Made by a program: the position numbers and the translations under genes | Origin: Candidatus Olsenella pullicola | Lineage (GTDB): Bacteria > Actinomycetota > Coriobacteriia > Coriobacteriales > Atopobiaceae | NCBI GenBank assembly: GCA_019117265.1 | Contig: DXAB01000172.1 | Coordinates: 1-56,774 of the forward strand | Length of the DNA stretch: 56,774 nucleotides | Direction: 5' to 3' | Shown here: in pieces, positions 18,629-28,753 of the stretch | How positions within the stretch are numbered: the stretch's first letter is position 1 | Layout: each line of letters starts with the position of its first letter | Notes under the pieces: model-generated | Databases searched by the model: none | The model's input: only the letters and a program-made list of their open reading frames with translations | What the model was told of the DNA's origin: nothing

Positions 18629-20429
18629 ACTTGCCGCAGTGATCACGGCCAAGCTCGGACCACTCGGGCTCCTCGTCCGGAATGGAGCCAGCGTTCTTGG
18701 TAAAGAGCTCGCGAAGGCAGTTGTATGCCACGATGAGGCCAAGAACCACCAGCAGGATCGCAAAGACGAGCTGCAGGCCCGAGGTGGCGATCACCGCCGC
18801 CCCACTTGCGGCGAGCGCGTTCACGCAGCCAATGATGCTCTGAACGAGTGAGGTGAACGTGCACGCCAGCAGAAACGCCACGGGCACGTAGAGCATCCAG
18901 CCCTTGCGGCCGGTGCACTTGCAGAAGACCGCCAGCATGATCATCGTCATGCCACCGAGCAGCTGGTTGGACGCGCCAAAGAGCGGCCAGATGTTGTTGT
19001 AGCCGCCGAAGGCGAGGGCGAGACCCAGCGCCAGCGTGAGCACGGTGGCGACCCAGGTGTTAGAGAAGAACCTGGCCGCGCCCTCGGTGCCCGCGCCCGC
19101 CTCTTCGGCAGCGTCGTTGCTCTTGGAGAAGAACTCCTGGAACGAGAGGCGCCCGATGCGCGCCACGGCGTCGACGGAGGTGAGCGCGAGCGCTGAGACG
19201 CACATCGTCATGAAGACGGTGGCGAGCGTGGAGTCCACGCCAAAGGAAGTCATGCCGCGGGCCACGCCCTGCGAGAAGATCTGGAACGGCGTTGCCGCGG
19301 CGCCGTTGTTGAGCAGGCCGGTCCCGGCGGTGTTGAGGTCGGAGAACATGATCGCCGCAAAGACGATGGCGAGCACGCCCACAAATGACTCGAGCACCAT
19401 GGCACCGTAGCCAACGGGCAGCGCGTCCCTCTCGTTGGAGAGCTGCTTGGAGGAGGTGTTGGTGGAGACAAGGCTGTGGAAGCCGGAGAGCGCGCCGCAT
19501 GCCACGGAGACAAAGAGCAGCGGGAAGAGATAGCTGCCCTTGTCAGCGAGGACGCCGAGGTCGGCCACCATGGGGGCGGTCATCTCCGCCTGGCCGGCGG
19601 CACCAAGCACAAAGACGCCCACCACGGCGCAGGCGATCATGACGAGCATCATGATCGAGGTGAGGTAGTCGCGCGGCTGCTTGAGCGTCTGGATGGGCAT
19701 GGCAGCGGCAAAGAGCAGGTAGACGGTGATGACCGCAAACCAACCGAGCTTGTCCAGGTACACCGGGAACTGCATGCCCACGGCAAACATCACCACAAAG
19801 AGCACGACGGCGAGCACGAGCTCCTTCCAGCCCTTAAGGCCAAAGCGGCGGTTAATCCAGCCAAAGGCGATGGCCACAAACGTGAAGAGAATCGAGATGG
19901 TGCCCGCGGCGCCGCCGGCGTATGAGGTCGCGGTGTCGACGGCACCCGCGGCATCGAAGGTGGCCTTGAACGTGCCCGCGACCATGTCCACAAAAGCGGC
20001 GATCACGATGATGGTGAAGAGCCAACTAAAGAGAAGGAAGAGGCGACGACCCGTGCGACCGATGTACTTCTCGATGAGTTGCGCGAGCGACTTGCCGTTG
20101 TTGCGCACCGAGGCGTAGAGCGCGCCAAAGTCGTGCACGGCGCCAAAGAAGATGCCGCCCACGAGAACCCACAGCAGCACCGGCAGCCAGCCGAACATCA
20201 TGGCGGCGATCGTGCCCGTGACGGGGCCCGCGCCGCAGATGGAGCTGAACTGGTGCGAGAAGACCGTGAAGCACGAGGCAGGCGAGAAGTTCCTGCCGTC
20301 CTCCATGCGACGGGCGGGAGTGAGGGCCTGCTCGTCGATGCCCCACGTGCGCGCGAGCCATCGCCCATAGAGCAGGTACCCGACGACCAGCACCACAGCC
20401 GCGACGAGCACGATAACGATTCCGTTCAT
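18627..20429 (-). CDS. cstA: Carbon starvation CstA family transporter
   Basis: HQFSSICGAGP, FFGAVHDFGALYASVRNNGKS, ACGALSGFHSLVS and WPLFGASNQLL motifs. Confidence 0.9.
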   Translation of the reverse strand: MNGIVIVLVAAVVLVVGYLLYGRWLARTWGIDEQALTPARRMEDGRNFSPASCFTVFSHQFSSICGAGPVTGTIAAMMFGWLPVLLWVLVGGIFFGAVHDFGALYASVRNNGKSLAQLIEKYIGRTGRRLFLLFSWLFTIIVIAAFVDMVAGTFKATFDAAGAVDTATSYAGGAAGTISILFTFVAIAFGWINRRFGLKGWKELVLAVVLFVVMFAVGMQFPVYLDKLGWFAVITVYLLFAAAMPIQTLKQPRDYLTSIMMLVMIACAVVGVFVLGAAGQAEMTAPMVADLGVLADKGSYLFPLLFVSVACGALSGFHSLVSTNTSSKQLSNERDALPVGYGAMVLESFVGVLAIVFAAIMFSDLNTAGTGLLNNGAAATPFQIFSQGVARGMTSFGVDSTLATVFMTMCVSALALTSVDAVARIGRLSFQEFFSKSNDAAEEAGAGTEGAARFFSNTWVATVLTLALGLALAFGGYNNIWPLFGASNQLLGGMTMIMLAVFCKCTGRKGWMLYVPVAFLLACTFTSLVQSIIGCVNALAASGAAVIATSGLQLVFAILLVVLGLIVAYNCLRELFTKNAGSIPDEEPEWSELGRDHCGK

Positions 20430-20515
20430 GTTTCCCCCTTTGCAGAGCTTTAGAACGTCGGACATGTTGCGCGCTTAACATCTGAATCCCCTCCACAGTT
20501 CCCACATGGTTTCTG

Positions 20516-20545
20516 ACCGCTAACCGCCAAGAAACATACCGTTCA
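20516..20545. promoter_or_regulatory. Possible LytTR-type direct repeat upstream of cstA
   Basis: ACCGCTAA (20516) and ACCGTTCA (20538), 22-bp period. Confidence 0.35.
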
Positions 20546-20809
20546 TCGACTACGGACCGCCGTGAGGGGGCCGTTTTGCACTCGTCACTTGGCTCAACGG
20601 AACATTGTGTGCGGATTTTGAAAGGAGGAAAGGCATCGGCCCACTCCCGTCGGGCAAACGACGAGGTAAAGAAATGTCACCTATTCGGTAGTACTAAAGA
20701 CCCTGTTTGAAAATCGCACGCAACAGACCAGGCGCCCCCAAGTGACCAAACCGTCACGCTGTCCAGGCCGCCCCGGCACGTATACTCGGGTGTGGACGAA
20801 GGGGGCAAA

Positions 20810-21511
20810 ATGGTACGGCAGAAAATCCTGCTTGCAGAGGATGACCCGCTCATCGTTGAGGGGCTCTCTGAGCTGCTGGCAAACGAGGGCTACGTGGTGG
20901 ACTCCTCCCCTACCCAAAAGGGCGCTGTTGAGCTTGCGTGCGGGCCAGGCGCCGACTATGCGCTCGCACTCGTTGACCTTACGCTCGCCGAGGGCAACGG
21001 CTTTGCCGTCTGCAACGCCGTCAAGCGCGTGACGCCAGACGTCCCCGTCATCTTTCTCACCGCGGCAGACGACGAGCTCAACACCGTGACCGGCCTCTCC
21101 ATGGGAGCGGACGACTACGTGGCAAAGCCCTTCCGCCCGCGCGAGCTCGTGGCACGCATACAGGCGGCCATACGCCGCGCGCACCCGGAGCGCTCCACGC
21201 TCAGCCTGGGGCGCGTGACCATCGACCCGGACCGCGCCTACGTGGAGAAGGACGGGCGCGAGGTGCTTCTCTCCGCCCTTGAGTACCGCCTGCTGCTCCT
21301 CTTTGCAAAGAACGCCGAGAAGCTGGTAACCCGCGACATGATGCGCGACGCCCTCTGGGACGACGCCGGCGCCTACGTGGAGGAGAACACGCTCTCCGTC
21401 TACATCAAGCGCCTGCGCGACAAGCTTGAGGACGACCCGGCGACACCCGAGCTCATCGTCACCGTGCGCGGGCTGGGATACAAGGCGCGCGGCAAGGGAG
21501 GGGCTGCGTGA
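20810..21511 (+). CDS. OmpR-family response regulator
   Basis: ILLAEDD, LVD phospho-acceptor, GADDYVAKPF; winged helix with NTLSVYIKRLRDKL and TVRGLGY. Confidence 0.92.
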   Translation: MVRQKILLAEDDPLIVEGLSELLANEGYVVDSSPTQKGAVELACGPGADYALALVDLTLAEGNGFAVCNAVKRVTPDVPVIFLTAADDELNTVTGLSMGADDYVAKPFRPRELVARIQAAIRRAHPERSTLSLGRVTIDPDRAYVEKDGREVLLSALEYRLLLLFAKNAEKLVTRDMMRDALWDDAGAYVEENTLSVYIKRLRDKLEDDPATPELIVTVRGLGYKARGKGGAA

Positions 21512-22542
21512 TCTTAAGGAACCGCGAGGTATGCCGCGCCGTGGTCGCTTTTCTTGTGGTGGGGGCGCTCGGAGCCGCTGCCGCCTGGAGGCTGGCGGAC
21601 AAGACGGCCGCGCTCTGCGTCGCGGGCGCGACGGCAGCCCTGCTGTGCGTGTTCCTCTCTGTCACATGGCGGCGCTACCGGGCGCTCGCGCACATGGCAT
21701 CTCAAATCGATGACGTGCTACACGGGTCGCGCAGCGTGAGCTTTGAGCGTATGCGCGAGGGCGAGCTCGCAATTCTCGCATCTGAGCTTGACAAGATGAC
21801 CAGCAGACTGGCCCTTGCCAACGAGGAGCTTGAGCGCGAGAAGAACGCCCTGGCAGATGCCTTGGCAGACATTTCGCACCAGCTCAAGACGCCGCTCACC
21901 TCACTTGCCCTCATGACCTCGCTCGTACGCGGCCAGCTCGCGGAGGCGGGCGGCCACGAGACGGAGCTCGCGCGCCTGCGCACGATGGAGCGGCTCGAGG
22001 ACCGCGTGGAGTGGCTCGTCTCGTCCCTGCTCAAGCTTGCGCGCATCGACGCAGGCGTGGTGCGCTTTGTCCGCACCCGCGTGAACGGCAGCGAGCTCGT
22101 GACGCACGCAAGCGAACCGCTGTTGGTGGCGTTTGACCTCGCCGACGTGACGCTCGAGCTCAGCGTCCAGGACGGCGCCGTCTTTGAGGGGGACCTCGCC
22201 TGGACGGCCGAGGCACTCGAGAACGTGCTCAAGAACTGCCTAGAGCACACGCCGGCCGGCGGTACGGTGCGTGTGAGCTGCACGGAAGACGCGCTGGCCT
22301 TCCGGCTGTGCGTGGAGGACACCGGCCCCGGCATTGCGCCGGAGGACCTTCCGCACGTCTTCGAGCGCTTTTACCGCGGGGGCGAGAAGAGCGCGCCCTC
22401 CGAGGTTGACCCGGGCGGCGTGGGCATTGGCCTTGCGCTCGCAAAGAGCCTCGTCACCGCACAGGGCGGCTCCATCCGCGCCGGCAACGTCGCAGGCGGC
22501 GGCGCGCGCTTCGACATCGTCTTCTTCAAGGCAACGGTATGA
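21508..22542 (+). CDS. Sensor histidine kinase, short intramembrane-sensing type
   Basis: Two closely spaced N-terminal TM helices; H-box ISHQLKTPL; N, G1, F and G2 boxes. Confidence 0.9.
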   Translation: MILRNREVCRAVVAFLVVGALGAAAAWRLADKTAALCVAGATAALLCVFLSVTWRRYRALAHMASQIDDVLHGSRSVSFERMREGELAILASELDKMTSRLALANEELEREKNALADALADISHQLKTPLTSLALMTSLVRGQLAEAGGHETELARLRTMERLEDRVEWLVSSLLKLARIDAGVVRFVRTRVNGSELVTHASEPLLVAFDLADVTLELSVQDGAVFEGDLAWTAEALENVLKNCLEHTPAGGTVRVSCTEDALAFRLCVEDTGPGIAPEDLPHVFERFYRGGEKSAPSEVDPGGVGIGLALAKSLVTAQGGSIRAGNVAGGGARFDIVFFKATV

Positions 22543-22564
22543 CAAGGCGGGAGCGCGCTTGAAA

Positions 22565-22664
22565 ATGGTGACAGTTTACCCTGTCACCTTTGTCACGCTG
22601 CCCCCCTTACAGAATCGTCACTCATGCGTCACACCCATGCAGGACGCCTCCCCCACCATAGAAT
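22565..22664 (+). promoter_or_regulatory. Promoter region of the ABC operon with TGTCAC/GTCAC repeats and a TTACA-N4-CGTCA box
   Basis: TTACAgaatCGTCA at 22607-22620; GTCAC at 22617 and 22628 (11-bp period); TAGAAT -10 at 22659. Confidence 0.45.
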
Positions 22665-22688
22665 TGACGATAACCACAAGGAGGCAGC

Positions 22689-23369
22689 ATGGACATTCTG
22701 CGAATTGAGCACCTCACCAAGACGTATGGCTCGGGCGACACCGCCGTGCGTGCGCTCGACGACGTGAGCTTCTCGGTGGGTGCGGGCGAGTTCGTGGCGA
22801 TCATCGGCAGCTCGGGGTCGGGCAAGTCGACGCTTCTGCACATGATCGGCGGCGTGGACCGGCCCACGTCGGGAACCGTGTTTCTAAACGGCGAGAACGT
22901 CTTTGAGCGCACGGACGAGCAGCTCGCGGTGTTCAGGCGCCGCGAGGTCGGCCTCGTCTATCAGTTCTACAACCTCGTACCCGTGCTTGACGTGGTGGAG
23001 AACATGTGCCTGCCCGTACTCATGGACGGCCGCAAGGTCAACGAGCGACGGCTCACGGGGCTCCTGCGCACGCTCGGACTCTCCGGGCGCGAGCATCACC
23101 TGCCCAACCAGCTCTCCGGCGGCCAGCAGCAGCGCGTAGCCATCGGCCGGGCCCTCATGAATGCGCCAGCAGTGGTGCTGGCGGACGAGCCCACCGGCAA
23201 CCTCGACTCCAAGAACTCCGCCGAGATCATGTCACTTTTGCGCAAGTCCAACCGAGAGCTCAAGCAGACGCTCATCGTGATCACGCACGACGAGGACATC
23301 GCGCTCACCGCCGACCGCGTGATCGCGCTCGAGGACGGTCGCGTCGCGTCCGACACGAGGGCGCGGTGA
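22689..23369 (+). CDS. ABC transporter ATP-binding protein (LolD/MacB-like)
   Basis: GSSGSGKST, LSGGQQQR, VLADEPTGNLD. Confidence 0.92.
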   Translation: MDILRIEHLTKTYGSGDTAVRALDDVSFSVGAGEFVAIIGSSGSGKSTLLHMIGGVDRPTSGTVFLNGENVFERTDEQLAVFRRREVGLVYQFYNLVPVLDVVENMCLPVLMDGRKVNERRLTGLLRTLGLSGREHHLPNQLSGGQQQRVAIGRALMNAPAVVLADEPTGNLDSKNSAEIMSLLRKSNRELKQTLIVITHDEDIALTADRVIALEDGRVASDTRAR

Positions 23370-23374
23370 TCAAC

Positions 23375-26300
23375 ATGGCAAAGCACCTCAGGGACGAGCG
23401 GGTCCCGCGGGGCGAGAAGGACCACGGGCTCGCGACAACCGCGTCCGCGCCTCGCGGCAACGTCTTCACGCGCTTCACGCTGCGCTCGCTCAAGGCCAAC
23501 CGTGTGCGCACCGCCGTCACCGTCGTGGGCGTGGCGCTCGCGTGCGGCCTGCTCATGGCCGTGCTCACGAGCGTCACGAGCCTTCGCTCGGCGCTGCTCG
23601 AGCGCCAGCGCGCGCTCGACGGCGTCTGGCAGGTGAGTTTTGACTACACCGACGACGCCACGCTCGGGAACCTCAGGACGCTGGCGGGCGACCACCTCGA
23701 CCGCCTCGCCACGAGAAGGGACCTCGGCGCTGCCGCGCTCTCCGCCGACGACTCGCCAACGTACGGCACCTACCTCGGCGTGGTCTCCACGACAAGCGAG
23801 AGCGCCGACCTCCCGCGCGCTGCCGGCGACACGTCGTACGACGTCGTCAGCGATCCAGCCGTAGTGGAGGGACGCCTGCCCGAGAGCCCGGGCGAGATAG
23901 CCCTCCCCTCCTTCCTGCGCGGCGCCGAGCTCACGGGCGGCGACTCGTCGATCGAGGGCGTCTCCTCCGGGGCGACCTCCGAGGGCAAGCTCGAGCTGGG
24001 CAGCACCGTCACGCTCTCCCTCGGGCGTCGCACGTGGCTCGACGGCGACACTTCCGCGATATCCTCAGGGAGCTACCTCAACATCGACTACACCTACGAG
24101 ACCGACGCCGAGGGCAACATCGTCTCGGAGAGCGAGACCACACTCGAGACGCTCTCTGACGTTGGCGAGGCGCGCACCTACACCGTGGTCGGCTTCGTGG
24201 AGCCCAGCTACATGGGCAGCAACGTCGCCTACGTCAGCCCGGACGAACCCGCCGCGACCGCCTCCGGCACCGAGACGTCCACCGCGTACTTCTCGACCAC
24301 CGGATACTCGAGCCGAGACGAGCTCGAGGGCCTCATGGGCTCGCTCCTTGGCAAGGACGGCAGCTGGACCGCGAACAACTCCCTGCTCACGTACCAGGGC
24401 CTCACCCCCGATCGTCAGATCTTCGACTCGCTCGCGCAGTTCGCCGCCGTGCTCGCGGTCGTGATCGTCGTGGCGGCCGTCTCACTCATCTCGAACGCCT
24501 TCACGATCTCAATCTCCGAGCGCACACGCCAGTTCGGCCTGCTCTCCTCGCTCGGCGCGTCCCGCCGGCAGCTCAGGCGCACGGTCTACACCGAGGCAGC
24601 GCTCTTGGGCGTCGTGGGCATCCCCCTCGGGCTTGCAATCGGCATTGCCGGCACGGCAGCGGTCTTCGCCCTCACGTCCGAGGGCTGGGACATCATGCTC
24701 GGCGAGGGCGTCTCCCTCCGCCTGGTGATCGCCCCTGCCGACCTCGCCGTCGCGGCAGGGCTCACCGCACTCACGCTCTTGCTCAGCGCCTTCGTGCCGG
24801 CGCTGCGGGCGAGCCGCGTCTCCGCCGTTGACGCGATCCGCCAGACCCAGGACGTGCGGCCGAACCGTCGCCTGCGCCGCGTCTTCAGGCGCCGCCGCGG
24901 CGCGATGGACGACCTCTCCGCCGACGGCACGAGGCCTCGCGGCCTGGCGGCCCAAATCGGTGGCATGCCCGCGTTTCTCGCCCGTCGCACGCTCGCGGTC
25001 TCAGCGAGCAAGTCGCGCGTCTCCGCCATCGCGCTCGCCGTCTCGGTGGCGCTGCTCGTCACGGCAGGGCTCGTCTCGATCTACATCACCTGCGCCATGG
25101 GCTACATGGACTACGGCAGCGCGGACATGCAGATGTACGTCTCGTCCCCCGAGCCGTCGGCCGTCATCTCCGAGGATCCCGTCGCCTCGAACCTCGAGGG
25201 CATCACCTCGGACATCTCCGGCGTGGAGGGCGTGCGCGAGGGCAGCGTAAGCGGCGTGGCCCGCGTGGCGGCAGACGTCCACGTGAGCGAGGGCGCCGTG
25301 AGCTGGGACGCCGTGGACACGTTCAACGAGCGGACCAACCACTACGGGGGCTTCCAGCTCGACCGGCAGGGCTACGGCCAGGCCGTCATCCAGCTCGTGG
25401 ACGACGGCACGTGGCGCCGGCTCGCCGCGCACCTGGGCCTTGCCGCGGGCGAGCAAGACCCGACGCAGCTCTCCTGCGTGGCCTTCAACCTGCTGAACGC
25501 CACCAACGCGGACACCTACGGGTCGATCTCTCCCCTCACCGGGACCGCCGAGACGATCGACGTGCTGGTGCCGCCGGCGGACCTCGGCGACTACGAGTGG
25601 ATCGGCATGGGCGACGACGGCACCTACTCGCTCAGGAGCGCTGACCCGGCGGAGGGCGGCGGGCCCGTCGACGTGGCGCCCGTCTCCGAGCTCGGTCTCG
25701 ACACCGTGAGCGTGCCCGTGGCCGCCTATGCCACCGACCTCGGCGACGACTTCCCCATTGGGCCGGCCCAGCTCTCCGACACCACCTCGATCACGCTCGT
25801 CATGCCGATGAGCGCAGCGGCAAAAAGTGGCGTTGCCGACGCGTCCATGCTCTCGATGGTGGAGTTCTACGCCGGCTTTGCCGAGGGCGCCGACGAGGAG
25901 GCGGTCGTCACCGGCATCCAGGACGCGCTCGGCGAGCGGGGCGACATCGGCACCGCCTCCATCAACAACCTGCGCGAGGCGCTGCGCGAGTACCGCGCGA
26001 TGACCTACACCGTGAACGTCTTCCTCTACAGCTTCATCGCGATCACGATGGCGATCGCCGTGGCAAACGTCTTCAACACGATCGCCTCCGGGCTCATGCT
26101 GCGCACGCGCGAGTTTGCCACGCTCCAGTCGGTGGGCATGGGGCGGCGAAGCTTCCGCCGCATGATCGTGCTCGAGTGCGCGGACTTTGCGGCAAAGGGC
26201 CTGGTGGGCGGCGTTGCGCTCGCCATGGCGGTGAACGTTGCGCTCTTCTCTGCGCTCTCGAGCTCCATTGCCACGATCTCGCTCGCGATGCCGTGGGGCC

Positions 26301-26416
26301 ACATCGCGCTCGCGCTTGCCGTGGTGGTGGCGGTGCTCGCCCTGAGCGCGGGCTACGCGCTCAGAAAGACGCACGCCCTGAGCATCGTGGACGCCCTGCG
26401 CAGCGAGGTGCTGTGA
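23375..26416 (+). CDS. FtsX-like ABC transporter permease
   Basis: ERTRQFGLLSSLGA and LRTREFATLQSVGM FtsX motifs; alternative GTG start at 23366 overlapping the ATPase stop. Confidence 0.87.
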   Translation: MAKHLRDERVPRGEKDHGLATTASAPRGNVFTRFTLRSLKANRVRTAVTVVGVALACGLLMAVLTSVTSLRSALLERQRALDGVWQVSFDYTDDATLGNLRTLAGDHLDRLATRRDLGAAALSADDSPTYGTYLGVVSTTSESADLPRAAGDTSYDVVSDPAVVEGRLPESPGEIALPSFLRGAELTGGDSSIEGVSSGATSEGKLELGSTVTLSLGRRTWLDGDTSAISSGSYLNIDYTYETDAEGNIVSESETTLETLSDVGEARTYTVVGFVEPSYMGSNVAYVSPDEPAATASGTETSTAYFSTTGYSSRDELEGLMGSLLGKDGSWTANNSLLTYQGLTPDRQIFDSLAQFAAVLAVVIVVAAVSLISNAFTISISERTRQFGLLSSLGASRRQLRRTVYTEAALLGVVGIPLGLAIGIAGTAAVFALTSEGWDIMLGEGVSLRLVIAPADLAVAAGLTALTLLLSAFVPALRASRVSAVDAIRQTQDVRPNRRLRRVFRRRRGAMDDLSADGTRPRGLAAQIGGMPAFLARRTLAVSASKSRVSAIALAVSVALLVTAGLVSIYITCAMGYMDYGSADMQMYVSSPEPSAVISEDPVASNLEGITSDISGVEGVREGSVSGVARVAADVHVSEGAVSWDAVDTFNERTNHYGGFQLDRQGYGQAVIQLVDDGTWRRLAAHLGLAAGEQDPTQLSCVAFNLLNATNADTYGSISPLTGTAETIDVLVPPADLGDYEWIGMGDDGTYSLRSADPAEGGGPVDVAPVSELGLDTVSVPVAAYATDLGDDFPIGPAQLSDTTSITLVMPMSAAAKSGVADASMLSMVEFYAGFAEGADEEAVVTGIQDALGERGDIGTASINNLREALREYRAMTYTVNVFLYSFIAITMAIAVANVFNTIASGLMLRTREFATLQSVGMGRRSFRRMIVLECADFAAKGLVGGVALAMAVNVALFSALSSSIATISLAMPWGHIALALAVVVAVLALSAGYALRKTHALSIVDALRSEVL

Positions 26417-26443
26417 CGAGAGGGCTCCTTCCCTCCTCCCGTT

Positions 26444-26612
26444 GGGGCGCCGTCCGGACGGTCCGAAGAACAATTCCGTCCGGATGGGCCCCGCCCACTT
26501 TACAGGCGAGCTTCGGACGGTCCGGCTTTCTGAGGCGTCCGGAACTCGCCTGTCCTTCTCGCTGGGGCGCACTGTGGACGGATTTGCCAAGAAGAACGCC
26601 CGCACGCCGCCC
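26444..26612. repeat. Three imperfect palindromic units of about 60 bp (family D)
   Basis: GGACGG at 26456, 26515, 26576; e.g. ACAGGCGAGcttCGGACG...CGTCCGgaaCTCGCCTGT. Confidence 0.7.
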
Positions 26613-26672
26613 GCATGCGGCGAGGCATCCGGTACAATACCGCGCCGGAAGCATTGACGGGAAGGAACTGGC

Positions 26673-27326
26673 ATGCGCTCTCCGCAGGCAGTGATCTTTG
26701 ACATGGACGGCACGCTCATCGACACCGAGCGCGTGAGCCAGACGGCATGGCGCAGCGCCGCCGCCGACCTGGGACTCAGCGTCCCCGAGCGCATCTGGAA
26801 CTCCTTCGTGGGCTGCAGCCTGCCCGACGCGCATGCGTTGGTTGACGAGGAGTTTGGCGACCCGTCGCTCACCGACCGTCTCTTTGCCCACCAGGTGGAG
26901 CTCTACTACAAGATTCGCGAGCAGTCGCTCGAGCCCTGCGAGGGGGCCCTCGACGCGCTTCGCGCGCTCACCGAGGCCGGAATCACTGTGGCGCTTGCGA
27001 CGACCACCATCCGCGAGCACGCAACGCCGCTCATGGACCGCTTTGGCATGACGCCGTTCTTCTCGTCCATGACCTTTGGCGACGAGATCGCGCGCCCCAA
27101 GCCGGCACCTGACATCTATCTTGAGGCCGCGCGGCGGCTGGGTCTGGACCCCACGGTCTGCGTTGCCGTTGAGGACTCGGTCAACGGCGCCCTGGCGGCA
27201 CTCGCCGCGGGCATGACGACCTTCATGGTGCCCGAGTGGGCAACGCCCACCCCCGAGCTCACCGAGCGCTGCGCCGGCATGCTGGGAAGCTTGAGCGAGC
27301 TGCCGGACCTGGTGCTGGGGAGATAG
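26673..27326 (+). CDS. HAD-family phosphatase (beta-phosphoglucomutase-like)
   Basis: FDMDGTLIDTE, KPAPDIY and VEDSVNG motifs. Confidence 0.9.
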   Translation: MRSPQAVIFDMDGTLIDTERVSQTAWRSAAADLGLSVPERIWNSFVGCSLPDAHALVDEEFGDPSLTDRLFAHQVELYYKIREQSLEPCEGALDALRALTEAGITVALATTTIREHATPLMDRFGMTPFFSSMTFGDEIARPKPAPDIYLEAARRLGLDPTVCVAVEDSVNGALAALAAGMTTFMVPEWATPTPELTERCAGMLGSLSELPDLVLGR

Positions 27327-27369
27327 GGCACCCTCTCTCCATCCCAACTTGATCTGTCCAGAATTGGGC

Positions 27370-27578
27370 GCTTTTGGGTTTTGCAGCCCTGCGCGCTTCT
27401 CGGCATGCCCCCTCGTGTGCGTTTTGGCAAGTTGTGGGCAATAGATTTTATATTCCATGTCCTTCTCGACCGGCTTAAGGCTGCGTTTCACGCCACAGGA
27501 CACGCTTCTCTCCGGTATTGGGCAAATTCCTTGATGTGATAAAGCTGTTCGCATCAAACGTTTTGCCCAAAACCTCCC
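27370..27578. repeat. Dispersed palindromic element of about 210 bp (family E), copy 1
   Basis: TTGGGCAA..TTGATG-N15-CATCAA..TTGCCCAA at 27518-27570; aligns with 29882-30100. Confidence 0.75.
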
Positions 27579-27692
27579 TGATGCGGCGGGGGCGAGAAGA
27601 TCGCGGCGGGAGCGATAACGCCGAGAACGGCAAGCGGGCCGCGCCCCACTAACAGGGCGCGACCCGCGGCCGACTCAAAATCGCGAGGAGCG

Positions 27693-28655
27693 CTACTTCT
27701 GCGGTTCCACCGGCGGCATCTTGGCGTCCGCGCCCGCCGAGCCCGCGGCGAGCATCTGCTCGAACATCGAGCTCGTCTGCGTGAAGTCGCTCGGGAGCAC
27801 CACGGTGGAGGCCTTGCCGGCCTTGGCGAACTCGCCCATCATCTCGGTCCACTGCGTGAACATGAAGAGCTGGTTTGCCTCGGCCGCCGACACGCCCGTC
27901 TCCTGGATCGTGGCGAGCGAGTCGGAGATGCCCGCGGCGATGGCCTTGCGCTGGTTGGCGATGCCCTCGCCGGACTTCTCCATGGCCTCGGCCTCGGCCT
28001 GGGCCTCGGTCACGCGGCGAATGCGGTCGGCCTCGGCCAGGTCCTGAGCGGCGGCCTTGGTACGCTGGGCGGCGTTGATCTGGTTCATCGAGTCCTCGAC
28101 CTCAGCCGGCAGCGCAATCTTGGTGATGAGCGTCGAGACGAGCGTGAAGCCGTAGGCGGTCATCTGCTCGGACACGGTGTCGTTGACGTCGCGCGCGATG
28201 TCGTCCTTCTTGGCGAAGACCTCGTCGAGCGTGTAGACCGGGATCGAGGAGCGCAGCGCGTCCGTGATGAAGTCGCGCATCTGCGCCACGGGCTGCTGCA
28301 GCATGTAGTAGCTCTTGTAGACGCCGGAGTCCTGCGGGCGCTCACCGGTCTCGTAGCTCACGTGGTACTGCGCGGAGATCTCAAGGCCAATGGTGACGTT
28401 GTCCTCGGTCTTGACGTCGATGTTGAAGCCGTTCTTCATCGTGCGCAGGGAGACCGTGGCGGCCTTGCGGTCCACGAACGGGATCTTGGCGTGGAAGCCC
28501 GCGCCCACGATGCGGTAGAACTTGCCCAGGCGCTCGATGATGACGGCGTGCTGCTGCTTGACCACGTAGAAGAGGTTGCCGGTCACAATGCCCACAATCG
28601 CAAAGATGACGACGACAAACACGATGATGCCGAAGAGGCTGCCAAGAATGGGCAT
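27693..28655 (-). CDS. SPFH/Band 7 domain membrane protein
   Basis: N-terminal TM; VIIERLGKF...GFHAKIPFVD; SMNQINAAQR; AEAEA coiled coil. Confidence 0.9.
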   Translation of the reverse strand: MPILGSLFGIIVFVVVIFAIVGIVTGNLFYVVKQQHAVIIERLGKFYRIVGAGFHAKIPFVDRKAATVSLRTMKNGFNIDVKTEDNVTIGLEISAQYHVSYETGERPQDSGVYKSYYMLQQPVAQMRDFITDALRSSIPVYTLDEVFAKKDDIARDVNDTVSEQMTAYGFTLVSTLITKIALPAEVEDSMNQINAAQRTKAAAQDLAEADRIRRVTEAQAEAEAMEKSGEGIANQRKAIAAGISDSLATIQETGVSAAEANQLFMFTQWTEMMGEFAKAGKASTVVLPSDFTQTSSMFEQMLAAGSAGADAKMPPVEPQK

Positions 28656-28753
28656 GGGCGCTCCTTAGAACGGCCGGTAGTTGCTCTTCAGCATACCCAT
28701 ATGAGGACCCCGCGACTATACTGGGACACAAGTTTTTCTTGAGAGGGGGCCCT

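Noticed and set aside
26361-27557. ORFs spanning repeat-containing intergenic regions (also 7361-7906 and 52130-53035)
   Set aside because: They read through palindromic repeats and antisense to real genes, with low-complexity translations.
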